A stretch of DNA of 64,000 bases from an uncultured Patescibacteria group bacterium (GCA_905478415.1 CAJQIG010000002.1:314699-378698), one strand, 5' to 3'; shown: positions 19,352-28,992, counted from the stretch's first letter. Notes: a model not told the origin generated them from the sequence alone. Numbers and translations are program-made.

Positions 19352-19784
19352 TGGCTGCTTCCTCAACTGGTTCTTTCGACGGTGTTTTTTCTTCTTTTTT
19401 TTCTTCCTCCTCAGTAAAGCCATCTGGGAGTAATAGTGTAGCTAAGACGCCATTTACAAAGCGAGAAGATGATTCACTGCCAAACTCTTTGGCCATTTCG
19501 ACTGCTTCATTAATTAAAACTTTTTTTGGTGTGTCTTTGTGTTCTGATTCAAACACAATGATACGCATAATGGCTAGATCAACTCGATTAATTTGGTCGA
19601 GTGGCCGTTCCGGTGCGACTGATTGAATTTGGGCATCGAGTTCATCAAGAACGTGCAACAGTTTATACACTGTTGAATCTGGATCTTTTTCGGTTAAGCA
19701 AATTTGGCGATTCTCTTCGCTAAAAGTGCACGCGAAAAGATCTTGCATGATTTTAATGCGTTTTTGATGTCGATGATCAGACAT
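19344..19784 (-). CDS. nusB: transcription antitermination factor NusB
   Basis: VDLAIMRI, TPKKVLINEAVEMAKEFG, FVNGVL. Confidence 0.95.
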   Translation of the reverse strand: MSDHRHQKRIKIMQDLFACTFSEENRQICLTEKDPDSTVYKLLHVLDELDAQIQSVAPERPLDQINRVDLAIMRIIVFESEHKDTPKKVLINEAVEMAKEFGSESSSRFVNGVLATLLLPDGFTEEEEKKEEKTPSKEPVEEAAND

Positions 19785-19795
19785 ACGAGTTTCCG

Positions 19796-19957
19796 TTATT
19801 TTTTGATACCTACTTTTTTAAGGATATCATTAACGAGCGACTGTTTGTGAAGTGGAACGCTAGCCATGTTTGTGTCTTTGGTAAGTTTTGGCTTATTTCC
19901 TCGACGACGCTTGCCTCGTTCAACGCTGGTAACTTTATTCTTTGGTAGTGCTCCCAT
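19796..19957 (-). CDS. rpmF: divergent 50S ribosomal protein bL32
   Basis: Hand-translated MGALPKNKVTSVERGKRRRGNKPKLTKDTNMASVPLHKQSLVNDILKKVGIKK; bL32-like N-terminus and rpmF-nusB-rnc context. Confidence 0.75.
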   Translation of the reverse strand: MGALPKNKVTSVERGKRRRGNKPKLTKDTNMASVPLHKQSLVNDILKKVGIKK

Positions 19958-20113
19958 GGGTGCCTTTCTTCTCTTCTGTAGTGCGGTTGTGTGACCGCCA
20001 GTTTTTTGATTTCACTAAAAAGTATACCACTACGAGTGGTAGAAGGTGTGATAGTATCACTAGTTGGGGTAAAAGGCAAGATGCCTATCTGGCTGTTTTC
20101 ATTGTGAGAAGGG

Positions 20114-22111
20114 TCAATTTGCTAGTGGTGTCTTTGATTTTTCTCTCTGAGATGAAAAAAGTGGCGTCCACTCTGGTGGTAAGGTATCAAATGTGGTTTT
20201 AGCTGTGGCAATCAACTCCAGATTTGCCCAATCGGCAAACTGTAAGTCAGAAAATCCGTGTTGCGTAGTGCCAAACAGGTTACCCGAACCACGGTTGGTA
20301 AGATCAAGCTCTGCCAGTTTTAGTCCATTATTCTCTTTACAAAAGGCTTCAAGTCGCTCTTTACTACTGGCATTTGCCGAAGGACTGAACAAGAGGCAGT
20401 ACCCTTGTTGGCCGGCACGGCCGACTCGGCCACGCAACTGGTGTAAGCTAGCGAGACCAAATCGATCTGCAGATTCAATAACAATAGTACTGGCTTTGGG
20501 TAAGTCGAGTCCAACTTCAACCATTGGAGTGGTGACCAGAATATCAATGGTTTGAGAGTAGAGCCTTTCAATAGTTTCGTTCTGTTCCCCTTTCTTTAAT
20601 CGACCATGGAGGAGTCCCACCTCAACATTGGGAAAGTGTTGCTGGGTAAATCGAGATACTTCTTCGAAGGTTGTAGTTGCAGAAGCAACCTTTTCAAAGG
20701 CGAGATGTTCAGACGGATCAATAAAAGGACAGACAATAATGGCTTGCGAAGTTGTTTCCTGGATTTGTTCTGCGAGCCAGTTCCAAGAATCACTTCTCTT
20801 TTTTTCAGGCACAAGCCACGTTCTGGTGGGCTTACGACCAGCAGGCATTTGATCGATAATGCTTAAACTTAAGTGAGAAAAGATAGTTAACATCAAACTT
20901 CGAGGAATAGGTGTAGCAGACATTGTCAAAATATGTGGCATGTATTCGAGCGAAAGAGCCTTTGATCGTTGGGTGACTCCAAATCGATGCTGTTCGTCAT
21001 AGATAACTAGTGCAGGAGCAATATTCTCGAGGCGGTTGATCACGGCATGAGTGCCTACAAAAAGTGTTGGTTGCGTGGGAGTTGCTAAGACTTTTTTGCC
21101 CCCAGTAATAAGTTCAATGTGTAAGTTGGGGAAGAGTTTAGCAAAGGTCTCGGCGTGTTGAGTCGCAAGGATTTTAGTTGGAGCCACAATAGCACTACTT
21201 CTCCCCTGCTCTGCGAACAAGTTGCAGGCAATGCCGGCAACGACCGTTTTTCCCGAACCCACATCTCCAATTAAGAGTCGGTTCATGGGTTCTGAAGAGC
21301 TGATGTCGGTGAGGATCTCAGTTGTGGCTCGATGTTGTGCATCAGTGAGCGTAAAGGGAATGCTGTCAGGAATGGCATCAGATATGTTGGCTGGGATGGT
21401 ACAGGTATGGGCTGTATGTAGTGTTCGCCACTCAGCTTTAATTTTCTTTGAGGTGTGAATCAAAGCCAGTAGTTCTTCGACTGCTAAGCGTTCTCTCGAG
21501 AGAATGACATGGTCCTGAGTAGTTGGAAAGTGGACCTCTTCAAATGCTTCTTTTAGCAACGTGTCTTTAATAGACAAATCTTGCTTGAGGGTCAGATGGT
21601 CAAGAATTTCTTTTAAAACTCTGCGCTGTGTACCTTGGGCCAATGGAATGGTGGTGCTATAGAGCGGTACCAACCTATTTGTATGGAGTGTTTCTTTGTC
21701 ATCTCCAGATTTAGTATGGGCACGCTCGATTGTTGGTTGAGCAATGCTTTTATACTTGGCGCTATATTTGCCACTGATGTAGTACTCTTCTCCCTCTTTT
21801 ATATTTGAGATGACGTGAGGATTATTGAACCATTGGAGTTTTACACTACCGGTCTCATCGGTAGCTTTGGCAGACTGCATGCTGCGGCGACCTTTATAGA
21901 AATTTCGGGCAGCTGAGAGGATGGCTTTCGTTGTGATTAGTTTTTCGGGCTCAAGATCGGCAATGGCCACAGTTTGTGAACGGTCTTCATATCTGAGGGG
22001 AACTGCGAGCAGTAAATCTTGAACGGTTGTGTAACCACGCTTGGCAAGTTTTGCGCTGAGCGCGTCACCAATGCCCTTCACTTGATCGAGATAGGTCGTC
22101 AAAAAATACAT
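20114..22111 (-). CDS. recG: ATP-dependent DNA helicase RecG
   Basis: MNRLLIGDVGSGKT, DEQHRFGV, MSATPIPRSL, HQLRGRVGR. Confidence 0.97.
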   Translation of the reverse strand: MYFLTTYLDQVKGIGDALSAKLAKRGYTTVQDLLLAVPLRYEDRSQTVAIADLEPEKLITTKAILSAARNFYKGRRSMQSAKATDETGSVKLQWFNNPHVISNIKEGEEYYISGKYSAKYKSIAQPTIERAHTKSGDDKETLHTNRLVPLYSTTIPLAQGTQRRVLKEILDHLTLKQDLSIKDTLLKEAFEEVHFPTTQDHVILSRERLAVEELLALIHTSKKIKAEWRTLHTAHTCTIPANISDAIPDSIPFTLTDAQHRATTEILTDISSSEPMNRLLIGDVGSGKTVVAGIACNLFAEQGRSSAIVAPTKILATQHAETFAKLFPNLHIELITGGKKVLATPTQPTLFVGTHAVINRLENIAPALVIYDEQHRFGVTQRSKALSLEYMPHILTMSATPIPRSLMLTIFSHLSLSIIDQMPAGRKPTRTWLVPEKKRSDSWNWLAEQIQETTSQAIIVCPFIDPSEHLAFEKVASATTTFEEVSRFTQQHFPNVEVGLLHGRLKKGEQNETIERLYSQTIDILVTTPMVEVGLDLPKASTIVIESADRFGLASLHQLRGRVGRAGQQGYCLLFSPSANASSKERLEAFCKENNGLKLAELDLTNRGSGNLFGTTQHGFSDLQFADWANLELIATAKTTFDTLPPEWTPLFSSQREKSKTPLAN

Positions 22112-22132
22112 AGCGGTAGTATGGCACGGATC

Positions 22133-22237
22133 TTAGATAAGGTACAGTAATCCACCAGCAAAGCTGCTGACAATCATAGCTAGGATAGCGATGACCACAA
22201 AGACGTTGATAATTATTTTTTTGGTAGCTTTTTTCAT
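22133..22237 (-). CDS. small single-pass membrane peptide
   Basis: Hand-translated MKKATKKIIINVFVVIAILAMIVSSFAGGLLYLI (34 aa); fills the tyrS-recG gap. Confidence 0.65.
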   Translation of the reverse strand: MKKATKKIIINVFVVIAILAMIVSSFAGGLLYLI

Positions 22238-22254
22238 GAGCGTGTTTTCTAGTA

Positions 22255-23481
22255 TTACAGAATAACTTTAAAGAATTTTCGTTTTCCTATTCGAATTGTG
22301 GTGAGATCGTGACTATCATTTGTAATTTGCATAGTTTCGTTGATATCTGTTGGTTTAGTAGACAGCTGAGAAGTATCTCCATAGTAAAACTCAACGGCGC
22401 CTTGTTCAATCAAGCGGCGAATTTGGCTATTACTTTCTTCTGGCAGGCAGGCTTTGACAGCATCAAAAATTGTTCGAGATTCAGCCAGAGAAATTTCTGG
22501 AATTTCTTCTGGAATTTGCTTGTTTTGAACAGTGTCTTCAAAATGTTTTGCAGCTATCTCAGCGTCTTCGGCAGAGCTGTACATCTCAGTAATAGTGAAA
22601 GCTAGTTTTTTCTTGAATGTCATGGGATTTTCGCCGTTTGCAATCGCTTCCTCCATTTTTGAAATTTCAGAAGTTTCTAGGTTTGTGAGAACGTCGAAGT
22701 ATTCGATAATCATTTCATCAGCCACTGACATCAGTTTTCCATACATATCAATTGGTTCATCGATAAGGGCAATAAAGTTGCCATAGGATTTGCTCATTTT
22801 TCTGCCATCGGTACCATTAATAAGCGGTGTTGAGAGCACCCATTTTTCTTTGTTATTGTACTGTTTTTGAAGGGTGCGTCCCATCAACATGTTAAACGTT
22901 TGGTCTGTGCCGCCAATTTCGAGGTCCACATCCATGACCACTGAGTCATATCCTTGCAGAAGTGGGTAGATAATTTCATGCCCGTGAATCGGCTTGCCAG
23001 CTTTGAGGCGCTCTTGGAACATATCTCGTTCCATAAGTTGTTGAACTGTGGTTTTGGCCATCAATTTAACCATGTCGGCGTAGTTGAGTTTGTCGAGCCA
23101 GTCGCCATTGTAGCGAATCTCAATTTTTGAAAAATCAAGCACTTTACTGGCCTGTTCTTTCCAAGTTTTAAAATTTTCTTTAATTTGTTCATCAGTGAGT
23201 TCTGGGCGAGTTGAGTCTTTTCCCGTTGGATCTCCAATGCGCACGGTGCCACTGCCGATCAGCAAGATAACCTCATGACCAAGTTCTGCAAATTGTTGCA
23301 GTTTTCTCAGGACTACACTGTGACCAAGTGTTAGGAGAGATCCAGTAGGATCAATGCCGAGATAGACACGAATTTTGCGTTCGGTCATGAGCTTTTCAAG
23401 TGAGTCTGTAGCGGGGAGAACCTCGGCGACTCCTCGTGTCAGGATTGCTTTGAGTGGTGGTGTAGTGTGTGGCTGTTCCAT
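22255..23481 (-). CDS. tyrS: tyrosine--tRNA ligase
   Basis: GIDPTG, TLGH (HIGH variant), YPLLQGYD, GGTDQ, KMSKS. Confidence 0.97.
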   Translation of the reverse strand: MEQPHTTPPLKAILTRGVAEVLPATDSLEKLMTERKIRVYLGIDPTGSLLTLGHSVVLRKLQQFAELGHEVILLIGSGTVRIGDPTGKDSTRPELTDEQIKENFKTWKEQASKVLDFSKIEIRYNGDWLDKLNYADMVKLMAKTTVQQLMERDMFQERLKAGKPIHGHEIIYPLLQGYDSVVMDVDLEIGGTDQTFNMLMGRTLQKQYNNKEKWVLSTPLINGTDGRKMSKSYGNFIALIDEPIDMYGKLMSVADEMIIEYFDVLTNLETSEISKMEEAIANGENPMTFKKKLAFTITEMYSSAEDAEIAAKHFEDTVQNKQIPEEIPEISLAESRTIFDAVKACLPEESNSQIRRLIEQGAVEFYYGDTSQLSTKPTDINETMQITNDSHDLTTIRIGKRKFFKVIL

Positions 23482-23513
23482 AGTGGATTTTATTGTAGCA
23501 TTTCTAGGAGTAA

Positions 23514-23786
23514 TTATTTCTGAACTTTTCGAGCACCCTGCATAATGGCTGTAAATACTTTTTCGGTGTGATCAAGATTTAAACCATGCAGTTTTGCGAG
23601 TCCTCGCACCTGGGTAATCACGGCATGCTCTCGTTCGTAGTCTCTGACGGCAATGCCGGCTTTCTTTTTAAGCTCACCAATTTTTTTTGCAGCTTGGGTT
23701 CGCTTCGCAAGAAGGATGACTATTTTTTCATTTAGAGCATCAATCTTTTCACGTTTTTTTTCAATACCAGTTGTAGTTGGTAGCAC
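23514..23786 (-). CDS. chorismate mutase (AroQ/type II)
   Basis: REKID...LLAKR...IGELK...RDYERE...Q keeps the AroQ active-site residues; GTG start after the SD AAGGGAG. Confidence 0.85.
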   Translation of the reverse strand: MLPTTTGIEKKREKIDALNEKIVILLAKRTQAAKKIGELKKKAGIAVRDYEREHAVITQVRGLAKLHGLNLDHTEKVFTAIMQGARKVQK

Positions 23787-23803
23787 AGCTATCTCCCTTC
23801 TGT

Positions 23804-23872
23804 AATAAAAAAACCCCATATAGGTGGGGCTGTTTTTTTAATCTGTTTTTACATGCAGTACACAACCCCCAG
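23804..23872 (-). promoter_or_regulatory. attenuator: terminator and overlapping antiterminator
   Basis: Minus strand GCCCCA-cctata-TGGGGT plus T-tract; upstream GGGGTTGT can pair with ACAGCCCC, the 5' arm of the terminator. Confidence 0.75.
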
Positions 23873-23920
23873 TCATTTTTGTGGTTGATAGAAGTAATAA
23901 TTGCATGTTGAAAACTTCAT
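23873..23920 (-). CDS. Tyr/Phe-rich attenuator leader peptide MKFSTCNYYFYQPQK
   Basis: ATG lies 10 nt after TGaTACAAT (23931-23939); codons TAT TAC TTC TAT; the stop codon lies just upstream of the antiterminator arm. Confidence 0.75.
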   Translation of the reverse strand: MKFSTCNYYFYQPQK

Positions 23921-23983
23921 TATGTTGATTATTGTATCACACCGATCTCCTGCAACTTTTGTTCATGATATAATTACGCACTT

Positions 23984-25405
23984 ATGGCGATGACACCGGA
24001 AAAAATTCAACTTATTAGAGAAACTCAGTACGAACCATTTCGAGCGCAAATGGATCATCTTGAAGAAATTATTTCGTCTGATCACGATAACTGGTGGTTT
24101 AGAACCATGCTCTTTTTAGGTCGGTTACAGCGAGCAGCTGTGACTACGCCAGAACAGTTCCCTGAAGGAATGTTGCAGTTTGTGGAGCAGATGGTACAGC
24201 AAGTTCAGAGTAGATTGGCTGACGAAGTCGGTGCAGAAGGAGACCCCGTTGTACGTGCGCATGAAGTAGTGTTAGATATTTCGGACAGAATGCCATCTGT
24301 AGAAACACGAGAACATGAAGCAGTCACCGTTATGACCAAACCACTGGAGGAATTGGTGGCAGAACATCCTCAATTAGAGTTTTCAACCTGGGAAAAAAAT
24401 GGGCAAACTCGTCGGGCATTGACCATTTTTGACACAAAAGGTGCCGGTCATTGTTTTCCTCTTCCAGATGAAGATACTCTTTTTCACAAAGGAGGGTTTC
24501 CGAGAGTGCTTTTAAAGCTTATGGTGGGAGCTGACCCTGCTTTAATTGATGCAGAGTTACCACCAAATGATTTTGATATTATTGCTCTCAAAACAACTAA
24601 AAATATTGAAGAAAAAGCAGCAGTTTTGTCTGTAGATCCAGATGGAATTGAGTATGTATCTCAGTTGCAGTTTGACCGACTCTTTCTTGAGCGGGATATT
24701 GATTTAAATATGGCAGTGGTTGGAACTGATGCGTTTTATTTTTCTGAACAAGCACTTGCCGCTGCTAAGTCAGGAAAAATAAGAGTTATGTCTGCTCACC
24801 GTGGTATTTATGGCACGGAATTTTTTTACTATGATGGACAACCACTTCTAAAAAATAGAGGCCTGATGCGGCTGTTAAAAACAGTAGCAGATGGTAAGGC
24901 AACACATTTCGATTTCACTCCGCTAAATGAACAGATTTCCTTTGGTATTTATTGGTTAGTGCTCTTTAGAAAGTATCTCAGTAAAGATGATGGGGCTGCA
25001 CATCTTGATAGACTTTATTTTCTGGCACAGAAAACACAGCAACTTCCCGAGGGTGCTCAAAATATTATTGAAGTTATAGATGTCATTCACGCGAAGTACT
25101 CATTTTTTGATTTTAATCAGGGTGCTTTAGATGAAGTTGGTGTTACTCGGTGGTTAGGAAAAAAACTTATTCGACAAGTTGATATGACCTATCGTCATAT
25201 GAATACCATTCCTAACGAAATGACCATGGATCGTAGTGAAGGTGATACTATTCCCTACACTGTTTCACTTGATGGTTATGTTCCAGACCCAGAGCGGGTT
25301 GCATGGATACAGAGCCAGCTTAGTCCGTTGCTAGCTCGTTGTCGAAGACGCACCCGTGCATATAAAGAGGTCGCGAGTGAATCTTTTGAAGACACAGACG
25401 ACTAG
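23984..25405 (+). CDS. divergent class II nucleotidyltransferase-like protein (CCA/poly(A) polymerase head-like motifs)
   Basis: FHKGGFPRVLL...PPNDFDII...ERDIDLNMA parallels GGxVRDxLL...DxD...RRDFTINA. Confidence 0.5.
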   Translation: MAMTPEKIQLIRETQYEPFRAQMDHLEEIISSDHDNWWFRTMLFLGRLQRAAVTTPEQFPEGMLQFVEQMVQQVQSRLADEVGAEGDPVVRAHEVVLDISDRMPSVETREHEAVTVMTKPLEELVAEHPQLEFSTWEKNGQTRRALTIFDTKGAGHCFPLPDEDTLFHKGGFPRVLLKLMVGADPALIDAELPPNDFDIIALKTTKNIEEKAAVLSVDPDGIEYVSQLQFDRLFLERDIDLNMAVVGTDAFYFSEQALAAAKSGKIRVMSAHRGIYGTEFFYYDGQPLLKNRGLMRLLKTVADGKATHFDFTPLNEQISFGIYWLVLFRKYLSKDDGAAHLDRLYFLAQKTQQLPEGAQNIIEVIDVIHAKYSFFDFNQGALDEVGVTRWLGKKLIRQVDMTYRHMNTIPNEMTMDRSEGDTIPYTVSLDGYVPDPERVAWIQSQLSPLLARCRRRTRAYKEVASESFEDTDD

Positions 25406-25437
25406 TAGTTAGCAGTCATAATGGTACAATAGTCTGT

Positions 25438-28284
25438 ATGTACAAACAGTTACTTGATCGTTTGACCGCTTTCGTACAAAAAACTCGAGTTTTTGTGGTC
25501 ATGCACCATGCTCGCTTTATCCTCTCACATCCTAAAATTGCTCGGTACGAACAGCTACTTCTGCAAAAACTACAAATAGTGTTTAATGAGGGCACTATGT
25601 TTGTCCGTCGAAAACGCCGAGCGCGCTCCAGATTAGAAGCTTCAAAAGGAAGTGCTGAAGATAGAAAACTTCTCTATTTTAAACTACTACGTTTTGCTGC
25701 CATTGGATCATTGGTGGGAGTAGTCTTACTGATTATTCTTTTTTTTGGTGCTGTAGCCTGGTTTAGCAAAGAGTTGCCACAACCTGGTGAAGTTGTTCGA
25801 AGACAAGGATTTAGTACTAAAATTTTTGATCGTAATGGTGTGTTGCTCTATGACTTATTTGATGAAGAACGTCGCAACCCCGTTGCCACAGAAGAAATTC
25901 CTGAACAATTGAGGCAAGCTGTAGTGGCAATCGAGGATAAAGATTTCTACAATCATGGTGGGTTTGATTTCATGACCCTGATCCGTATTCCGTATAACGC
26001 TGTTTTTAAACAGCGTGTTATTGGTGGCTCAACCTTGACTCAGCAACTCGTTAAGAATGCACTCCTGACTAACGAACGGAGTGTTTCACGCAAGTTCAAA
26101 GAGTTAGTTCTCTCTTTACAACTTGAGCGCAAATTTACTAAAGATGAAATTCTGACCATGTATCTCAATGAGGCTCCCTATGGTGGAACTGCTTGGGGAG
26201 TTGGAACTGCTGCCGAAATTTACTTTAATAAACCGGTTTCGGAACTGAGTTTAGTTGAATCAGCTATCTTGGCTGGATTACCACAACGGCCTTCGGCCTA
26301 CTCTCCCTACATTGGTAAAACTGATGATGACGGCGAGCCACTTTGGAAGGTTCGTACTAAGGGAGTGCTCCGGCGAATGCTCGAAGATAAATACATTACC
26401 GACTTAGCTTACGAGCAAGCCATTGGAGATCTTGAAAATGTTGAGTTTGAGCGGGCTGCAGTTGATATTAAGGCACCTCACTTTGTCTTTTATGTGCAGG
26501 CACAACTTGAGGAGCTATTAGGAGAAGATGTGGTTAACGCTGGTGGCTTTACGGTTACCACCTCACTTGATTGGGAAGTCCAAGAGAAGGCTCAGCAGAT
26601 TGTAAAAGAGGAAATTGATGATGTTGAGGACTTAAATATTACGAATGGTGCTGCGCTGGTCATTGCTCCACAGACGGGTGAAATTATTTCGATGGTTGGT
26701 AGCCGGGATTATAACAATGATGACATTGGTGGCCAATTTAACGTGGTGGTCGATGGGCTTCGTCAGCCGGGTTCCTCAATTAAGCCGATTACGTATTTAA
26801 CCTTATTTCAACATGGCTATAGCCCTGCGAGTGTGATTGCAGATGTGCCAACAACCTTTCAACAAAATGACAACATTGATCCGTATGAACCTAAAAACTA
26901 CGATGGTAAGTTTAGAGGTCCTGTTTCAGTAAGAAGTAGTCTGGGTAGTTCTTTAAATATCCCTGCAGTTAAAGCTTTGGCTACTGTTGGTGTCGAAGCC
27001 TTTTTACAACAGTCGTACAACATGGGACTGGTAACGCTTGAGCCAACGAAAGAAAATATGACTCGGTTTGGTTTAGCTGCTACTCTGGGTGGAGCCGATG
27101 TGCACATGATTGAGTTGGTATCTGCATACAGTGCCTTTGCGAATGGTGGTCAACGAGTTGAGCCAGTCTCAATTCTGAAAATTGAAGATCCAGATGGAAA
27201 AATAGTTTTTGAGCATCGACACTTAGAAGGTGCTCAGGTTATGACTCCTCAAGAAGCCTTCTTAATCAATAACGTTTTGTCTGACAACTCTGCACGCCTC
27301 TTAGCCTTTGGTGCAAATTCGCTGCTTAATGTGAACGGTGGTGTGGCGGTCAAAACCGGAACTACTAATGATCAGCGCGATAACTGGGCTATTGGATGGT
27401 CAAAAGACGTGATTGTGGGTACCTGGGTTGGAAACAATGACAATAGTAAGATGAAGGCTGTGGCTTCTGGTGTTTCTGGAGCTTCCCCTATTTGGCGACG
27501 AATTATTCTAGATGTGTTGGGACGTGATGAGTATGAATCTGAAGTTTGGGAAGTGCCGAGTGGTGTTGAAAAAATTAAGGTTGATCAAATTTCTGGGTAC
27601 CCAGAACATGACGAGTTTCCTTCGCGAGAAGATTACTTTATTTCGGGCACGGTCCCCAGTATTCCAGATCCAATTCATCGGTATGTAGAGCTCTGTAAAG
27701 GTGAGCGCAAGTTAGCTACAGATGCTCGAATTCGCCGTAATGATTATGATAAAGAAGAGTTTATTGTTCTTCAGGAAGAAGATCCCTACAGTGAAGATGG
27801 TAAAAACCGTTGGCAGGAAGCTATTTTGGCATGGATTGAGGGCCAGGATGATAGTCGCTACAAAGTTCCAACCGAGTACTGTGGAGATCAAAATGAAATT
27901 TACTTAAGCCTTAAAGATCCCGACGACAAAAATACCTATGACACTGAGGACATTAAAGTCAGAATCGAATCTGAGTCGAACGATGGTATCGAAAAAATCG
28001 AGATCTACGTCAACGACGAACTCCGTGAAACGATTAATGATCGTCGCTACGAAGGTACGTTGAAGCTGAGTGCTGGTCGTTACACAGTCCAAGCAAAAGC
28101 TTACAGCAAGTCTGGTAAAGAAGCCGAGACAGGAAAACATCGTATTGGTACTGGTGGGGTCAGTTGGGAGGAGCCAAAGCCAAGTCCTACCCCGACACCA
28201 ACGCCAAGCCCGACACCGAGTCCAACGCCTATTGTGTTGCCAAGCCCTACTCCTCTCGTATCGCCAGATCCAAGTGGGATTTAA
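25438..28284 (+). CDS. class A penicillin-binding protein (transglycosylase-transpeptidase) with Ig-like domain and PT-repeat tail
   Basis: AIEDKDF, GGSTLTQQLVKN, RKFKE, QPGSSIKP (SxxK), SLN, KTGT. Confidence 0.95.
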   Translation: MYKQLLDRLTAFVQKTRVFVVMHHARFILSHPKIARYEQLLLQKLQIVFNEGTMFVRRKRRARSRLEASKGSAEDRKLLYFKLLRFAAIGSLVGVVLLIILFFGAVAWFSKELPQPGEVVRRQGFSTKIFDRNGVLLYDLFDEERRNPVATEEIPEQLRQAVVAIEDKDFYNHGGFDFMTLIRIPYNAVFKQRVIGGSTLTQQLVKNALLTNERSVSRKFKELVLSLQLERKFTKDEILTMYLNEAPYGGTAWGVGTAAEIYFNKPVSELSLVESAILAGLPQRPSAYSPYIGKTDDDGEPLWKVRTKGVLRRMLEDKYITDLAYEQAIGDLENVEFERAAVDIKAPHFVFYVQAQLEELLGEDVVNAGGFTVTTSLDWEVQEKAQQIVKEEIDDVEDLNITNGAALVIAPQTGEIISMVGSRDYNNDDIGGQFNVVVDGLRQPGSSIKPITYLTLFQHGYSPASVIADVPTTFQQNDNIDPYEPKNYDGKFRGPVSVRSSLGSSLNIPAVKALATVGVEAFLQQSYNMGLVTLEPTKENMTRFGLAATLGGADVHMIELVSAYSAFANGGQRVEPVSILKIEDPDGKIVFEHRHLEGAQVMTPQEAFLINNVLSDNSARLLAFGANSLLNVNGGVAVKTGTTNDQRDNWAIGWSKDVIVGTWVGNNDNSKMKAVASGVSGASPIWRRIILDVLGRDEYESEVWEVPSGVEKIKVDQISGYPEHDEFPSREDYFISGTVPSIPDPIHRYVELCKGERKLATDARIRRNDYDKEEFIVLQEEDPYSEDGKNRWQEAILAWIEGQDDSRYKVPTEYCGDQNEIYLSLKDPDDKNTYDTEDIKVRIESESNDGIEKIEIYVNDELRETINDRRYEGTLKLSAGRYTVQAKAYSKSGKEAETGKHRIGTGGVSWEEPKPSPTPTPTPSPTPSPTPIVLPSPTPLVSPDPSGI

Positions 28285-28311
28285 TGGCTTACATTTTTTG
28301 AAAAAGATAGT

Positions 28312-28341
28312 AAAAAGCCCGCTTCTCCGAAGCGGGCTTTT
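28312..28341. terminator. bidirectional terminator
   Basis: AAAAGCCCGCTTC-tcc-GAAGCGGGCTTTT. Confidence 0.85.
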
Positions 28342-28367
28342 CATGTTCAGAGGAAGGTCGGGGGAAA

Positions 28368-28937
28368 CTAAATGGCGCCACTTAGACGGGGGGGATTTTC
28401 GGGGTTGGTGTAATAAACCAAGTAGCAAATTACGCCAAAAGAGGCGAAAATGATTGCTACTGGAATTGTAATCCAACCAGCCATGGCAAATAATGCGCCG
28501 AAGGCGAAAGTTCCCAGACCTAGCCAGTGAGCCAGGAAAAGAGGTAAGCTGGGCTTCCAGTCTCGTTCGCTGTCAATCTGCATTACGCTATCAGTTTGAA
28601 AGGTATAGCTGCCGAATTTGATGGCTTCAATAGCTACATAAGCAAAAACACCAACATAAGCAAAAACAATTGCTAGTGTCAGCATTTCAGCTACCAAAGA
28701 AAGCGACGCTGCTGCCAAAAATGCACCCAAAACAAATTGAGTATGGAAGTTTTTTAGAAGGTTCTTTTCTGTCAAAAACTCTTCGGCAACTCCAACGCCA
28801 CCCAACATCAGCAACAGCGCGGCAGCTGGTGTTAATAGGTGGACGATCGGGGTGGTTAACCCCAAGAAAAATGCTAAGGCGAAGCCGATCATGCCGGCCA
28901 GCAAACGGAATAAATTCGTTGCTTGTTTACGATTCAT
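28368..28937 (-). CDS. hypothetical multi-pass membrane protein
   Basis: 189 aa, about 6 hydrophobic segments; SD GAGG; own promoter. Confidence 0.8.
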   Translation of the reverse strand: MNRKQATNLFRLLAGMIGFALAFFLGLTTPIVHLLTPAAALLLMLGGVGVAEEFLTEKNLLKNFHTQFVLGAFLAAASLSLVAEMLTLAIVFAYVGVFAYVAIEAIKFGSYTFQTDSVMQIDSERDWKPSLPLFLAHWLGLGTFAFGALFAMAGWITIPVAIIFASFGVICYLVYYTNPENPPRLSGAI

Positions 28938-28992
28938 ATTATCCTCACTTTGTTAGTTCTCCAATTTAAGAAGGTTAATTTTCTGCTGCAGG

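Noticed and set aside
19810-20079. 89-aa minus-strand ORF upstream of nusB
   Set aside because: The bL32-like ORF in another frame (19796..19957) explains the region better.
23482-23940. T-box riboswitch upstream of tyrS
   Set aside because: No AGGGTGGNACCGCG T-box motif or stem I is visible; a leader-peptide attenuator fits the sequence instead.
28174-28260. Tandem repeats CCAAGY/CCRACR
   Set aside because: These encode the PSPTPTP linker of the PBP; they are not an array.
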